A program made the position numbers and the translations under genes. From Negativicutes bacterium (GTDB taxonomy: Bacteria; Bacillota; Negativicutes; UBA1444), in contig CAXXIN010000016.1 of assembly GCA_963665275.2 (NCBI GenBank), positions 192,001 to 256,000 of the forward strand: a DNA stretch of 64,000 bases, in the 5' to 3' direction. The notes beneath the pieces were generated by a model. The model was not told the DNA's origin. It made no database searches and worked only from the letters and a program-made list of their open reading frames with translations. Shown here in pieces: positions 13,264 through 23,029 of this stretch; the first letter of the stretch is position 1, and each line of letters opens with the position of its first letter.

Positions 13264-14262
13264 TCAACGACGCTCGCTGATCCCGTTCACAATGTTTGCC
13301 GGTTTCTCACCCCGCACTACCCGGGCCATGTTCTCCAGGGCGGATTCAATCATGCGCTTATAAGAACCAAGCGTTACGCCGGCCGTATGTGGGGTTAGCA
13401 GAAGACGCCTGGAAGCAGCTGCACTGAGATGGAGCAGGGGATGCCCGGCGTCCGGCGGTTCAGGCGAGAGGGTGTCCAGCGCAACCCCGGCCAACCGAGC
13501 TGATTCGAGTGTCTCGGCCAGAGCGCTCTGATCGAGTATTTCCCCCCGCGCGGTATTGATCAGGAAGCTGCCCGGCGTCAAGAGTGCGAGCTCTCTTGCT
13601 CCGATCAAGCCTCGGGTCTGCTCGTTCAAGGGCAGGTGCAGGCTGACAACATCACAGGTTGCCAGCAACTTGTCAAGGGGTTGGAATTCCACCGGAAACT
13701 GAAGTTCCACTTCAGGGGATAACCGATGCGGCGCATAGTAACTGACGGAGGCGCCCAGCGCCAGCACGGTCGTCGCAAACGCGCGCCCGATATTGCCGAA
13801 CCCGACCAATCCGATCTTGCTTCCGCGAATTTCCTGTATCCCTTCGCGCAGTAGAACATTTCGGTAGGCCACATAATTCCCCGTTTTTATTTGGGAATCT
13901 GATTCAAGCAGCCGCCTCTGCAAGGCGATCAGCATCCCCAGCGTATGTTCCGCAACCGCTGTTGCATTGGCTCCCGGCACATTCGCCACAGGAATGTGCA
14001 GTCGCACGGCTGTAGGGAGATCCACATGGTCAAAACCAACGCCCATCGTCTGGATGATTTTGATGCTCGGAATATTTTCCAGGATGGAGGCGTTGATGCA
14101 TCTTGCCGAAGCGGGTGTGAACAGGCAGTCGGCCCCTGCGCAGGCTTTAATAATGACCTGATCGGAGACGGAGTCCAAAAAATGAATCGTAAAGTCGTCA
14201 GGAACTCTGACATTGGCGGAAACAAATTTATCCTGTTGCAAAAGGCTCACTACGGTTGGCAT
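13264..14262 (-). CDS. D-isomer-specific 2-hydroxyacid dehydrogenase
   Basis: GVGFDHVD, GLVGFGNIG, INTARG and TPHTAG. Confidence 0.9.
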   Translation of the reverse strand: MPTVVSLLQQDKFVSANVRVPDDFTIHFLDSVSDQVIIKACAGADCLFTPASARCINASILENIPSIKIIQTMGVGFDHVDLPTAVRLHIPVANVPGANATAVAEHTLGMLIALQRRLLESDSQIKTGNYVAYRNVLLREGIQEIRGSKIGLVGFGNIGRAFATTVLALGASVSYYAPHRLSPEVELQFPVEFQPLDKLLATCDVVSLHLPLNEQTRGLIGARELALLTPGSFLINTARGEILDQSALAETLESARLAGVALDTLSPEPPDAGHPLLHLSAAASRRLLLTPHTAGVTLGSYKRMIESALENMARVVRGEKPANIVNGISERR

Positions 14263-14427
14263 GAACGCGCACCTTCTTTTATGAAAATTTATCCTATTTT
14301 TTGATTATAACATTCTGTCAGATAACCAGCTACAATGCAGCGCGCGCCGATTCGAACCGGCTGATGGGATGTCCTTTGGTACTAATGATGCAAACTTATT
14401 CGTTGATTTGCGTGGAGGGGTTCTTGG

Positions 14428-16161
14428 ATGACTTCTGATGCGGTGATTGTAATCAAGGGAATGTCGTTTTCTTATCCGAACACCAGCCGACCGGCATTGG
14501 AGGATATCAATCTTTTGATTCCCAAGGGGCAGATGGTCGTGGTCGTGGGAGCCGGCGGAGCCGGAAAATCGACGCTGGCCAACACTCTCAATGGACTGAT
14601 CCCGTGTTTTATCCGGGGAAACTTCAAGGGCTCCATCCGGGTGGGAAACGAGGAGCCCCTGACCAAGGGGGTCAGCGGGATGTTCGGGATTGTCGGCCTC
14701 GTATTCCAGGACTTTGAGACGCAATTGTTTTCCACCCGGGTAGAACTGGAACTTGCTTTTGGGATGGAAAACAGGGGGATGCAGCGCTCAGCCATGCAGG
14801 AAGAAGTGAAGCGGCTGGTTGCGTTGGTGGGGCTGGAAGGCTATGAACAGTGCGCTCCAGCCGGATTGTCCGGAGGGCAGAAACAACGACTGGCGATTGG
14901 CTCCGCACTGGCCGGAGTTCCCCAGGTGTTGTGTCTGGATGAACCGACGACAGATCTGGATCCGGTCGGGAAAACGGGGATTTTTTCATTGCTCCGCAAG
15001 TTTCGGACGCAATCGCAGCTGACGCAGGATGCGGGACCGGCGACGATCGTGATTATTGAGCATGAGACGGAAGAAGCAGTTCATGCCGATCGGATCATCG
15101 TATTGGATCAGGGCCGCCTGGTGGCGGATGGCACACCGGAAGAAGTTTTGCCGCAGGTCGCCATGTTTGAACAATTTGGACTGATGCCGTTGCCCGTCTG
15201 TGCTTATTTTAGCCGTTTGAATTTTCCTACTGAAGGGTGCCCTCTCACACTGCTGGAAGCGGAAGCGTTTTTCCACCGTTCGGGTTTGAGGCTCGAGGAA
15301 TCCTGTGTCAAGGAACTTAAAGCCAGGGACGTGGAGCGGTCTCTGGCTTATGGAAACGAAGTTATCCGAACGTCGGGACTGAGACAGTCTTATGGCAAGC
15401 GGGAAATCCTGAAAGGGATTGATCTATGCGTCAGGGAACGGGAGTTCATTGCAGTGCTTGGCGCGAATGGCAGCGGGAAGACCACACTCGTGAAACATCT
15501 GAACGGATTGCTGCGACCGCAGCAGGGCAGGGTGTTCGTGTCTGGGGAAGATGCGGCCGGGCTGTCGATTTTCGAGATGGGGCAGGCTGTGGGGTATGTA
15601 TTCCAAAATCCGGATCAGCAGATTTTCTGCGATACGGTATATGAAGAAGTAGCCTATGGGTTGAACCTGCGGGGCATGTCGGCCGAGGAAACGGCGGCGC
15701 GGGTCCGGGAAGCGCTGGCGGCTGTCGGATTGTCTGGATGCGAGGCGGAAGATCCATTTTCCCTTACGAAAGGGCAGCGGCAGAGGGTGGCGGTTGCGTC
15801 GGTTCTGGCGCTCAAACCGCAGGTGCTGATCTTGGATGAACCGACTACCGGCCTGGATTACAAGGACCAGCGGCGGATGATGGAATTGGTAAAAAGTTTG
15901 AATGAAGCGGGCCGGACGATTGTGATGATTACTCATGCCATGTGGGTGGTGGCTGAATATGCCCACCGGGTCGTATTGATCCGGGACGGCCAAGTTGCGG
16001 CGGACGGCGGGGTCAGGGAAATTTTCGCTGACGAGGCGACGCTTGCATTGGCGGAAGTCTCGCCGCCTCAAATAACGCGCCTGGGCAACCGACTCGGGGT
16101 GACTGCACTATCGGTGGAGGAACTGTTGTATTGCACTCGCCGGCAGGAGGAACAGTCATGA
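14428..16161 (+). CDS. ECF transporter duplicated ATPase (A-A' fusion)
   Basis: Two Walker A motifs (GAGGAGKST, GANGSGKTT), LSGGQKQR and two LDEPT motifs. Confidence 0.92.
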   Translation: MTSDAVIVIKGMSFSYPNTSRPALEDINLLIPKGQMVVVVGAGGAGKSTLANTLNGLIPCFIRGNFKGSIRVGNEEPLTKGVSGMFGIVGLVFQDFETQLFSTRVELELAFGMENRGMQRSAMQEEVKRLVALVGLEGYEQCAPAGLSGGQKQRLAIGSALAGVPQVLCLDEPTTDLDPVGKTGIFSLLRKFRTQSQLTQDAGPATIVIIEHETEEAVHADRIIVLDQGRLVADGTPEEVLPQVAMFEQFGLMPLPVCAYFSRLNFPTEGCPLTLLEAEAFFHRSGLRLEESCVKELKARDVERSLAYGNEVIRTSGLRQSYGKREILKGIDLCVREREFIAVLGANGSGKTTLVKHLNGLLRPQQGRVFVSGEDAAGLSIFEMGQAVGYVFQNPDQQIFCDTVYEEVAYGLNLRGMSAEETAARVREALAAVGLSGCEAEDPFSLTKGQRQRVAVASVLALKPQVLILDEPTTGLDYKDQRRMMELVKSLNEAGRTIVMITHAMWVVAEYAHRVVLIRDGQVAADGGVREIFADEATLALAEVSPPQITRLGNRLGVTALSVEELLYCTRRQEEQS

Positions 16162-17741
16162 ATTTGTTTTTATATGTAGAAACCACCTCCTGGCTGCATC
16201 GGGCTGATCCTCGGACCAAAATTTTTGCGATGCTCTGTGTCTTCTTTCTGGCGCTCGGCCTGAAGGGGGCAATGGCGGTCTTTGCGCTTGGGTGCGTCGT
16301 TATGGCCGCTGGACTCAGCGCCGGGTTCGTTTCCAGCCTGCGGCGCATCGGTGGGCTGCTACTGATGATTCTGGTGGCGACAACCTTTTTGTGGGGCTTG
16401 ACCACCGGTTCCACGTACCTCTGGGGGCCGTTTACGCTGGACGGGTTGCAGCAGGGCCTGACAATGGGGATCAAGATGACGATCATGATCACTACCGGTT
16501 TGATTTGGCTGAGCACTACGAAAATTGAAGAAATGACCGCTGGCATGGAAAAACTGGGGATCCCCTACCCCGTCGCCTTTGCCTTTTCAACGGCGATACG
16601 CCTGGTTCCCTGGATTGTCACCAGTTGCCTGATGGTTGGCGAAGCGCAGCAGTCGCGTGGACTGGATCTTCACAAGGGGAATTTCATACAACGGATACGC
16701 CACTATGTGCCGCTATTGATTCCGGCGCTGGTAGCGGTGGTCCGAAACGCGAATTTCTTTGCCATGGCTCTGGAGAGCCGTGGGTTCGGCAGTCGGAATG
16801 AGCGGGTTTCCTTCCTCCAGATCGGATTCAGCCGGAATGATGCGGCGCTGGTTGGCGCGCTGATTCTGTCTGCGGCAACTTGCCTGTATTTTAATGAAGG
16901 CGCTGCGCAGGGTTTGTTGTGGAATGGATTTTATTTATTGACGTTTTTCTTTGGGTTCATTCTGGTGCTGCGGGTGGTTGTGAACCTCGAAAGCGGCAGG
17001 ATCTTGTGGCTCAATACCCGTATGGTGGTGTTGACGGCGCTTTCGGCGGCGATTTATGCCGCAGTGGTGATCCCCTTCAAAGGAATTGTGTTTGTGCCGG
17101 GGGTAACGGAATTTCGGCCAGGAATGGCGTTGCCACCGGTCTTAGGAGTGCTGTTCGGGCCTGCAGCCGCTTGGGGAAGCGGCTTTGGCTGTGTGATCAG
17201 TGATTTTTTCGGATCTTTGGGACCGGGGAGTTTCTTCGGGTTTGCCGGCAATTTCGTGATGGCCTGGATTCCGTACCGGTTGTGGTGGAAAACAGGACTG
17301 GTGCGCGCGGATGATCCAGAGCCGCTGCGCCTGAACTCTACAACTAAAGTGGCTAATTTTTTCGTGGTTGCGCTCACCGGAGCTGTCGCCTGCGCTCTGA
17401 TCATCGGCTGGGGGCTGGAACTGCTGGGGTTGGTGCCCTTTAAAGTATTGGCCGCATTGATTGCGATCAATAACTCGGCCCCGATTGTGTTGCTCAGCTT
17501 GCCTGTGATGCTGGTTCTGTATCCGCGAATCATGAGATGGGGGCTGCTTTGGACCGAGATTATCGGTCCGGAGGGCGTGCGGGTCAGCACGCAAAAATGC
17601 CGTGTGGGATCGGTGATTACTCTGCTGGGGATTGTGGGCGGTTTTGTTGGCGGGCTGTATGTGGCGATTGGCCTGGGCGGCAATCCTCTAATCGCAGCGG
17701 GGGCAGGTATTCTTCTGATCGTGCTTGGCGGATTTTTATAA
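16158..17741 (+). CDS. EcfT transmembrane component fused to a QueT-like S component
   Basis: ADPRTK, AQQSRG and MALESRGF (EcfT), then ALSAAIYAA..EFRPGMALPPVLGVLFGPAAAWG..ISDFFG (QueT-like); ATGA overlap with the ATPase gene. Confidence 0.8.
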   Translation: MNLFLYVETTSWLHRADPRTKIFAMLCVFFLALGLKGAMAVFALGCVVMAAGLSAGFVSSLRRIGGLLLMILVATTFLWGLTTGSTYLWGPFTLDGLQQGLTMGIKMTIMITTGLIWLSTTKIEEMTAGMEKLGIPYPVAFAFSTAIRLVPWIVTSCLMVGEAQQSRGLDLHKGNFIQRIRHYVPLLIPALVAVVRNANFFAMALESRGFGSRNERVSFLQIGFSRNDAALVGALILSAATCLYFNEGAAQGLLWNGFYLLTFFFGFILVLRVVVNLESGRILWLNTRMVVLTALSAAIYAAVVIPFKGIVFVPGVTEFRPGMALPPVLGVLFGPAAAWGSGFGCVISDFFGSLGPGSFFGFAGNFVMAWIPYRLWWKTGLVRADDPEPLRLNSTTKVANFFVVALTGAVACALIIGWGLELLGLVPFKVLAALIAINNSAPIVLLSLPVMLVLYPRIMRWGLLWTEIIGPEGVRVSTQKCRVGSVITLLGIVGGFVGGLYVAIGLGGNPLIAAGAGILLIVLGGFL

Positions 17742-17781
17742 AAAAAGAACCAGCCGGCTTCTGCAGAAGCCGGCTGGTTTG
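17739..17781 (-). terminator. Intrinsic (probably bidirectional) terminator with the stronger U tract on the minus strand
   Basis: AACCAGCCGGCTTCT-GC-AGAAGCCGGCTGGTT hairpin, preceded by an A run on the plus strand. Confidence 0.8.
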
Positions 17782-17980
17782 GATTGATTCTTGATGAGTC
17801 ACGGCCTTAGTCGTTGGACTCTCATGTGTACAACGGTTGTTGTACGATTAGGTGCTTTTAGCACCCGTCACAGCCTTATTCAATTCGGGTTCCCATTCCA
17901 GTTTATTCGATGGAGTCACCCCTTCCGAAGAAGTCGATCCGCTCGCAGGCGGTTCGGAATTTCTATTCCATCTACCCTTT
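17745..17980 (-). ncRNA. Candidate stand-alone structured small RNA (family not identified)
   Basis: TGgTATAAT at 17995-17987, five short hairpins including a cUUCGg loop, a downstream terminator, and no convincing ORF. Confidence 0.5.
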
Positions 17981-18121
17981 GGTACTATTATACCACAAAA
18001 AAAGATTATTCGCACTATTTTGTTACTTTTCCGAATTGATGCTGTGAACGCATGAACCGGCGTCAGGTTATCCAAAGCAGGAACGGCGCCGAAACTTTGA
18101 AAAATGGCTTGGAGGTTTATT

Positions 18122-18940
18122 TTGAATAAGAAAATAAATGCAATGTATTTTAGCGCAACAGGAACCACGCAAAAAATAGTGTCCGGTATTGCAAAGAGAT
18201 TCTCAGAGAAGGTTGATCAGGCAATGAATGTCAAAAGCATCGATTTTACCTTGCCTGAAGCGCGAAAAGAATCAGTGTCCTTTTCACCCGACGATGTTGT
18301 AATCCTCGGAATTCCGGTGTACGCGGGACGAGTTCCTAATATATTATTGAAGTATTTGAATTCTATTCAAGGGCATGGTGCGTTGGCCATTGCTGTGGTT
18401 GTTTATGGAAATCGTGACTATGACGATGCTTTAATAGAATTAAAAGATATTATGGAATTGTGTGGCTTTACCGTTGTCGCAGGAGGGGCTTTTATCGGGG
18501 AGCATTCGTTTTCTCGAATCCTCGCACACAACAGGCCAGATGAAGAAGATATGGCGATAGTCAATGATTTTGCCGATCAAATATACAGCAAGATCAGTGC
18601 TCCAGCACAGATTGCAACAGTCACTGTAAAGGGGAATAGGCCCTATAGAAAATATTACATTCCCAAAAACAATAATGATGAACCGACTGATATCCGAAAG
18701 GTTGCGCCCAAGACCCAGAGCAGCTGCATCGATTGCAAAGTCTGTGTAGGAGTTTGCCCGATGGGGTCCATTGATTATCAAGACGTTTCAAAATTAAATG
18801 GGATTTGCATAAAATGCGGGGCGTGCATCAAAAAATGCCCTGTGCAGGCAAAGTATTATGATGATGAAGACTATTTGCGACATAAAAAAGAGTTGGAAGT
18901 CAACTGTGCTTATCGGAGATCGCCAGAATTATTTTTGTAG
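18122..18940 (+). CDS. EFR1-type flavodoxin-like plus 2x[4Fe-4S] ferredoxin protein
   Basis: YFSATGTT, PVYAGRVP, YGNRDYDDAL, CIDCKVCVGVCP and CIKCGACIKKCP. Confidence 0.88.
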   Translation: MNKKINAMYFSATGTTQKIVSGIAKRFSEKVDQAMNVKSIDFTLPEARKESVSFSPDDVVILGIPVYAGRVPNILLKYLNSIQGHGALAIAVVVYGNRDYDDALIELKDIMELCGFTVVAGGAFIGEHSFSRILAHNRPDEEDMAIVNDFADQIYSKISAPAQIATVTVKGNRPYRKYYIPKNNNDEPTDIRKVAPKTQSSCIDCKVCVGVCPMGSIDYQDVSKLNGICIKCGACIKKCPVQAKYYDDEDYLRHKKELEVNCAYRRSPELFL

Positions 18941-19039
18941 TAGTGCTGTAGAGAAAATTGCTTGATCAAACTAACCCCTCCTAAATCTTTCCTGGCACAG
19001 GGCTTCGATGGAAGTGTTCCACTGACAGGGCCGAACTGG

Positions 19040-19276
19040 GGTTGGTTTGCTTTCATCTGCCTGGGCAGCGGCCTAGTGGCGTTTACCCTGTGGAATGTCG
19101 GTGTGCATGAGGTCGGACCGAACAAGGCCTCTTTCTTCATCAACCTGATTCCGCTGTTCGGCATCCTGTTTTCTGTGCTGATGCTGGGCGAAAGTGTCGG
19201 TTGGTTTCATGGCGGCGGCGCGGCCCTGATTATCGGCGGCGTGGTGCTGGCGACCCGCTCGCGAAGTGTATATTGA
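19040..19276 (+). pseudogene. C-terminal fragment of an EamA/DMT transporter
   Basis: AFTLWNVGV..GPNKASFFINLIP..LGESV..GAALIIGGV; the N-terminal part and RBS are missing. Confidence 0.7.
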
Positions 19277-19318
19277 CAGAGTAAAAAAAAGGCAGTAAAA
19301 TATCTTTAATTCAAGATA
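19273..19318 (+). promoter_or_regulatory. sigmaA promoter with overlapping MhqR-type operator
   Basis: TTGACA-17-TAAAAT (19273-19301) and palindrome TATCTT-TAATTC-AAGATA (19301-19318). Confidence 0.8.
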
Positions 19319-19340
19319 AATTTTTAAAGTGATAGGTTGA

Positions 19341-19790
19341 ATGATGGAAGATACTGTTGCTCAAGCAAATCGACAAGCCATGAAACTGTATGTCGTTTTA
19401 ACACGGACGTACAAGGCGCTGCTCGATCGGGACCAGCGCAATATTCGCAGTTATGGACTCAATACGACGGAATTTGGTGTGCTGGAGCTCTTGTATAGCA
19501 AAGGCTCTCATCCCATTCAGCAGATCGGTGAAAAAATCCTCATTACGAGCGGTACCATGACCTATGTTATTGATAAATTAGAGAAAAAAGGACTGATCGT
19601 CCGACGGCCTTGTGACAAGGATCGACGCATTGTTCATGCGGAACTCACTGAAGCTGGGCGGAGCAAAATGTCGGGAATTCTGCCCAAGCATTATCAAGCT
19701 CTGGCTGAATCTTTCAATGGGCTAAATCAGGCGGAGCAGGAGCAGGCAATTGAGTTGCTGAAAAAAATTAGTTTTTCTGCAAGTTCGTAA
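19341..19790 (+). CDS. MarR family regulator (MhqR/YkvE-like)
   Basis: GLNTTEFGVLELLYSKG..IQQIGEKILITSGTMTYVIDKLEKKG..DRR. Confidence 0.9.
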   Translation: MMEDTVAQANRQAMKLYVVLTRTYKALLDRDQRNIRSYGLNTTEFGVLELLYSKGSHPIQQIGEKILITSGTMTYVIDKLEKKGLIVRRPCDKDRRIVHAELTEAGRSKMSGILPKHYQALAESFNGLNQAEQEQAIELLKKISFSASS

Positions 19791-19861
19791 TATATTTTAT
19801 ATATTTTTTGCAAAAATATCTTCAAATGAAGAATCTTGAATTTTGTTTAGCATAGGGGGGA

Positions 19862-20302
19862 GTGTTTTTGAACAAGTTTACTCACTCACAGAAAGGTTGG
19901 GACAAGTACAAGGACGAGGTGCTCTTGTTCGTTAGGTTGGGTCTTTGCTTCATGTTTATCTTTGTTCATGGCGGGCCGAAACTTTTCGGCGGTCCTGCAA
20001 AGTGGCTGGAAGTAGGCTCGATGCTCAAAGTCATCGGGATTACAGCGATGCCGACAGTACTTGGATTTATCGCCGCCGTTTGCGAATTTTTCGGCGGGGT
20101 TTTCATTGGGATAGGGCTCTTCACCCGTCTGGGTGCTGCCATGATTTTGTCTACCCTGGTCGTTGCCACAGGCGTTATGTTCATGATGAAAGGTTTGTTT
20201 GCTGCCGCACCGGCTATCGAGGATTCCTTATTCATGCTGGTGCTGATGGTGGTAGGCGCAGGGAAATACAGTCTGGATCACAAATGGTTTGGGGGTGATT
20301 GA
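19862..20302 (+). CDS. DoxX family membrane protein
   Basis: RLGL..HGGPKL, EFFGG..GLFTR and GAGKYSLD. Confidence 0.88.
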   Translation: MFLNKFTHSQKGWDKYKDEVLLFVRLGLCFMFIFVHGGPKLFGGPAKWLEVGSMLKVIGITAMPTVLGFIAAVCEFFGGVFIGIGLFTRLGAAMILSTLVVATGVMFMMKGLFAAAPAIEDSLFMLVLMVVGAGKYSLDHKWFGGD

Positions 20303-20307
20303 TTATT

Positions 20308-21153
20308 ATGAACGATACACGGGCTATTCGTAAAATTGTGGCTGGAAAGCAGGCTGTAGATGGCGCTGGAGTAAAGCTGGTAAGGGTTATTGGGCATGAT
20401 GACACGCAGGACTTTGACCCCTTCCTCATGTTGGACGCCTTTGACTCTGTCAATCCGAACGATTATATAAAAGGGTTTCCCTGGCATCCGCACCGTGGAA
20501 TTGAAACGATCACCTACCTGATTCGAGGAGACATTGAACACAGCGACAGTCTGGGGAACAAAGGCAGTATCCTAGACGGGGAATGTCAGTGGATGACGGC
20601 AGGTTCCGGCATCATTCATCAGGAAATGCCAAAGCCCAGTGACAGAATGCTGGGGGTTCAGCTATGGCTCAATCTGCCGGCAAAAAATAAAATGACGGCG
20701 CCCCAATATCATGGGATAGCCCAAAATGATATCCCGGTGATTGATGAGGGAGACCGCAAGATCCACATTATCGCAGGAGCCTATAACGGCATAGCCGGCG
20801 CCATGGAAGGCGACTATGTCAAGGCGTTGTATTTGGATGTGGAAATGAAGCCGGGGGCTGAATGGGCGCTGGATACAGACAAGGATGCGACCTTGTTCGT
20901 TTATATTGTGCAGGGAGAGGGGGCCTTTGGGCCTCTTCGCGAGAGCTTCATCGCTGCCAAGCAGGCCGTTTTGTTCGAGGCGGGGAAAAAGTTCCGGGTG
21001 AAGGCGTCTGATAACGGGCTGCGGTTGTTGCTGATGTCCGGGAAACCTCTACGGGAACCAATTGCCTGGGGCGGGCCCATCGTAATGAATACCAGGGAAG
21101 AACTAGACCTGGCCTTTCAAGAGCTCAAGGCGAACACCTTCATCAAAGGATGA
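20308..21153 (+). CDS. Pirin family protein
   Basis: DPFLMLD, HPHRGIET, WMTAGSGIIHQE and GPIVMN. Confidence 0.93.
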   Translation: MNDTRAIRKIVAGKQAVDGAGVKLVRVIGHDDTQDFDPFLMLDAFDSVNPNDYIKGFPWHPHRGIETITYLIRGDIEHSDSLGNKGSILDGECQWMTAGSGIIHQEMPKPSDRMLGVQLWLNLPAKNKMTAPQYHGIAQNDIPVIDEGDRKIHIIAGAYNGIAGAMEGDYVKALYLDVEMKPGAEWALDTDKDATLFVYIVQGEGAFGPLRESFIAAKQAVLFEAGKKFRVKASDNGLRLLLMSGKPLREPIAWGGPIVMNTREELDLAFQELKANTFIKG

Positions 21154-21157
21154 GGCT

Positions 21158-21206
21158 GAAAAAAAGACGGGTAACGGCGAAAATTACCGCTACCCGTCTT
21201 TTTTTT
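21158..21206. terminator. Bidirectional terminator between pirin and nudC
   Basis: A run, AGACGGGTA...TACCCGTCT stem, T run. Confidence 0.85.
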
Positions 21207-21220
21207 GTGTGAATCTGGTT

Positions 21221-22054
21221 TTAGCATCGATTGATGACATGCGCGATCAACCGTCCTGCAATAGAAGTTCCCGTTGGTTTTTGCGGCAGATTATCCTTCC
21301 CGTACCAGGCGGCATCTTCGATCTCTTTGCCATCGACGCTGATTTCTCCGCTTTCATGCTCGGCAGTAAACCCAACCATTAAGGAATCCGGAAAAGGCCA
21401 AGGCTGACTGTCGAAGTATTGAATGTTCTTAACCCGGATACCGACCTCTTCCATTACTTCTCTTATGATACAGTCTTCAAAGGTTTCCCCGGGTTCCATG
21501 AACCCAGCGATTACACTATACCAATTCTGCCGGAAATTTTTATTATGCGCCAACAGGATTTCATCGCCCCGCACAATGGCAACGATGACAGCGGGTGAAA
21601 TACGGGGATAAAAAACGGAACCGCAACCGGGGCATTTTTTTGCCAATTCGTCTTGCTGCGCTTCAGTGGGTGTTCCACATTTGCCACAGAATTTATGCAT
21701 TCGATTCCAATTGACGATTTGAAAAGCCCGACCCGCCAGCAAAAAAAGATCTTCCTCGATTTCGCCGAGTAAAGAACGAAGATCTTTGAAAAGCATGCCC
21801 GCTGGGGGTGTGAACGTGTCATCAACTTCCATGCAATAACTAGGGCGGTCTTCAAGTTCTCCCAGGTATTGTTTGAAAGTATAGGCTAATTCGATTCCGT
21901 TGAAATCTGCACCCGTGGGGATGCTAGGATTACCCAGGTGAGTATTGATGAGTATTTTAGCCGAATTGAAAACAAACAACCATTCGACTGCTGCATTGTC
22001 GCTTGGGGGAAAAACAGATGGAATGTATCTTTTATAAATGCTAACGTCGGCCAT
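21221..22054 (-). CDS. nudC: NAD(+)/NADH diphosphatase NudC
   Basis: FCGKCG..CPGC zinc ribbon, YPRISPAVI, Nudix box and SQPWPFP. Confidence 0.93.
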   Translation of the reverse strand: MADVSIYKRYIPSVFPPSDNAAVEWLFVFNSAKILINTHLGNPSIPTGADFNGIELAYTFKQYLGELEDRPSYCMEVDDTFTPPAGMLFKDLRSLLGEIEEDLFLLAGRAFQIVNWNRMHKFCGKCGTPTEAQQDELAKKCPGCGSVFYPRISPAVIVAIVRGDEILLAHNKNFRQNWYSVIAGFMEPGETFEDCIIREVMEEVGIRVKNIQYFDSQPWPFPDSLMVGFTAEHESGEISVDGKEIEDAAWYGKDNLPQKPTGTSIAGRLIAHVINRC

Positions 22055-22075
22055 AGACAGGGACTCACCTCTCTT

Positions 22076-22864
22076 TTAATAATCCAGCAGGGAAGGCGTT
22101 GACGGGCGGGCATCCAATCGATCCAGCAGTTGGTCAAAATCGGTGGTGCGAAAAATGGGAATACGCCGCATCAAAAAAACATTGTCCCTCTCGGGTTGAT
22201 TCACACCGGATAGCACACTGAATGCGCCGTGATAGCCAGCTGCCTCCACCGCTTCCATAGCCTCTATATTATAATATCCCCCTGGATAAGCAAAATAGCC
22301 GACCTCCATCCGGACGACTTTTTCAGCTTTTTTCTTGCTTCCCGTCACTTCATAACGTAGATTGGAAGGGCTCACGTGGGTCAAGTCCGGGTGCGTCATT
22401 GAATGAGCGCCAATCGTCAGGTTGCTGGCGGTCATTTCGTGGATTTGCGCTCTGGTCAGTCGGTTCGCTCGGTCAAAGTTGATTCCAACCATGAAAATTG
22501 TTGCGGCGAAGCCGAATTGCTTTAGGATGGGAAACGCTTGAGTATAGTTATCAGTATAGCCGTCGTCAAAGGTGATGAGCATGGCTTTGGCGGGCAGTGA
22601 CACCCGTTCTCCCTGCATAAAGGAGCTCAATTGCGCCGGCGAGATGGTTTGAAAACCATGACTACGCAACAAGCTAAGCTGCCGGGTAAATTCCGACGTG
22701 GAGAGTGTAAGGTCAGGCATATTCGTTTCTTGGTCACTGACATGATGATATAGCAAGACGGGAATTCCTTGGGTAGGGTTCGCCGACGCAGGGGACGCAA
22801 ACAAAAAAAACAGTCCGATAAACAGCAGGCTGAGCCTACTCCCATTAAAACTTGTCTGATTCAT
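22076..22864 (-). CDS. Secreted polysaccharide deacetylase (CE4)
   Basis: Signal peptide, PVLLYHH, ITFDDGY, HSMTH and FAYPGG; start taken at ATG 22864. Confidence 0.88.
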   Translation of the reverse strand: MNQTSFNGSRLSLLFIGLFFLFASPASANPTQGIPVLLYHHVSDQETNMPDLTLSTSEFTRQLSLLRSHGFQTISPAQLSSFMQGERVSLPAKAMLITFDDGYTDNYTQAFPILKQFGFAATIFMVGINFDRANRLTRAQIHEMTASNLTIGAHSMTHPDLTHVSPSNLRYEVTGSKKKAEKVVRMEVGYFAYPGGYYNIEAMEAVEAAGYHGAFSVLSGVNQPERDNVFLMRRIPIFRTTDFDQLLDRLDARPSTPSLLDY

Positions 22865-22964
22865 TGAGCACATCCCTTTCTGGTTTCTCATTATAGTATT
22901 TGCACATCCAAACTTCAATGCATGTGGAGTGAGAGCGAGCCGCGCAAGGCCCGTAATGATTCGC

Positions 22965-23017
22965 TTGACACAGGGCAATAAAATAAATATTATATATATG
23001 AACATATGCTCATACGT
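22965..23017 (+). promoter_or_regulatory. Promoter with SmtB/CadC-type operator
   Basis: TTGACA-17-TATTAT (22965-22993), followed by the imperfect palindrome ATATATGAACAT-ATGCTCATACGT. Confidence 0.8.
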
Positions 23018-23029
23018 TGGAGGTATGGC

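Noticed and set aside
14300-14427. preQ1 riboswitch upstream of the QueT-like ECF operon
   Set aside because: No preQ1-I stem-loop with an A-rich tail was recognised. An Rfam scan would be needed to exclude other classes.
17745-17980. Identification of the candidate RNA as 6S RNA, tmRNA or raiA
   Set aside because: It lacks the end-to-end rod pairing of 6S, tRNA-like ends, and raiA sequence hallmarks that I could recognise.
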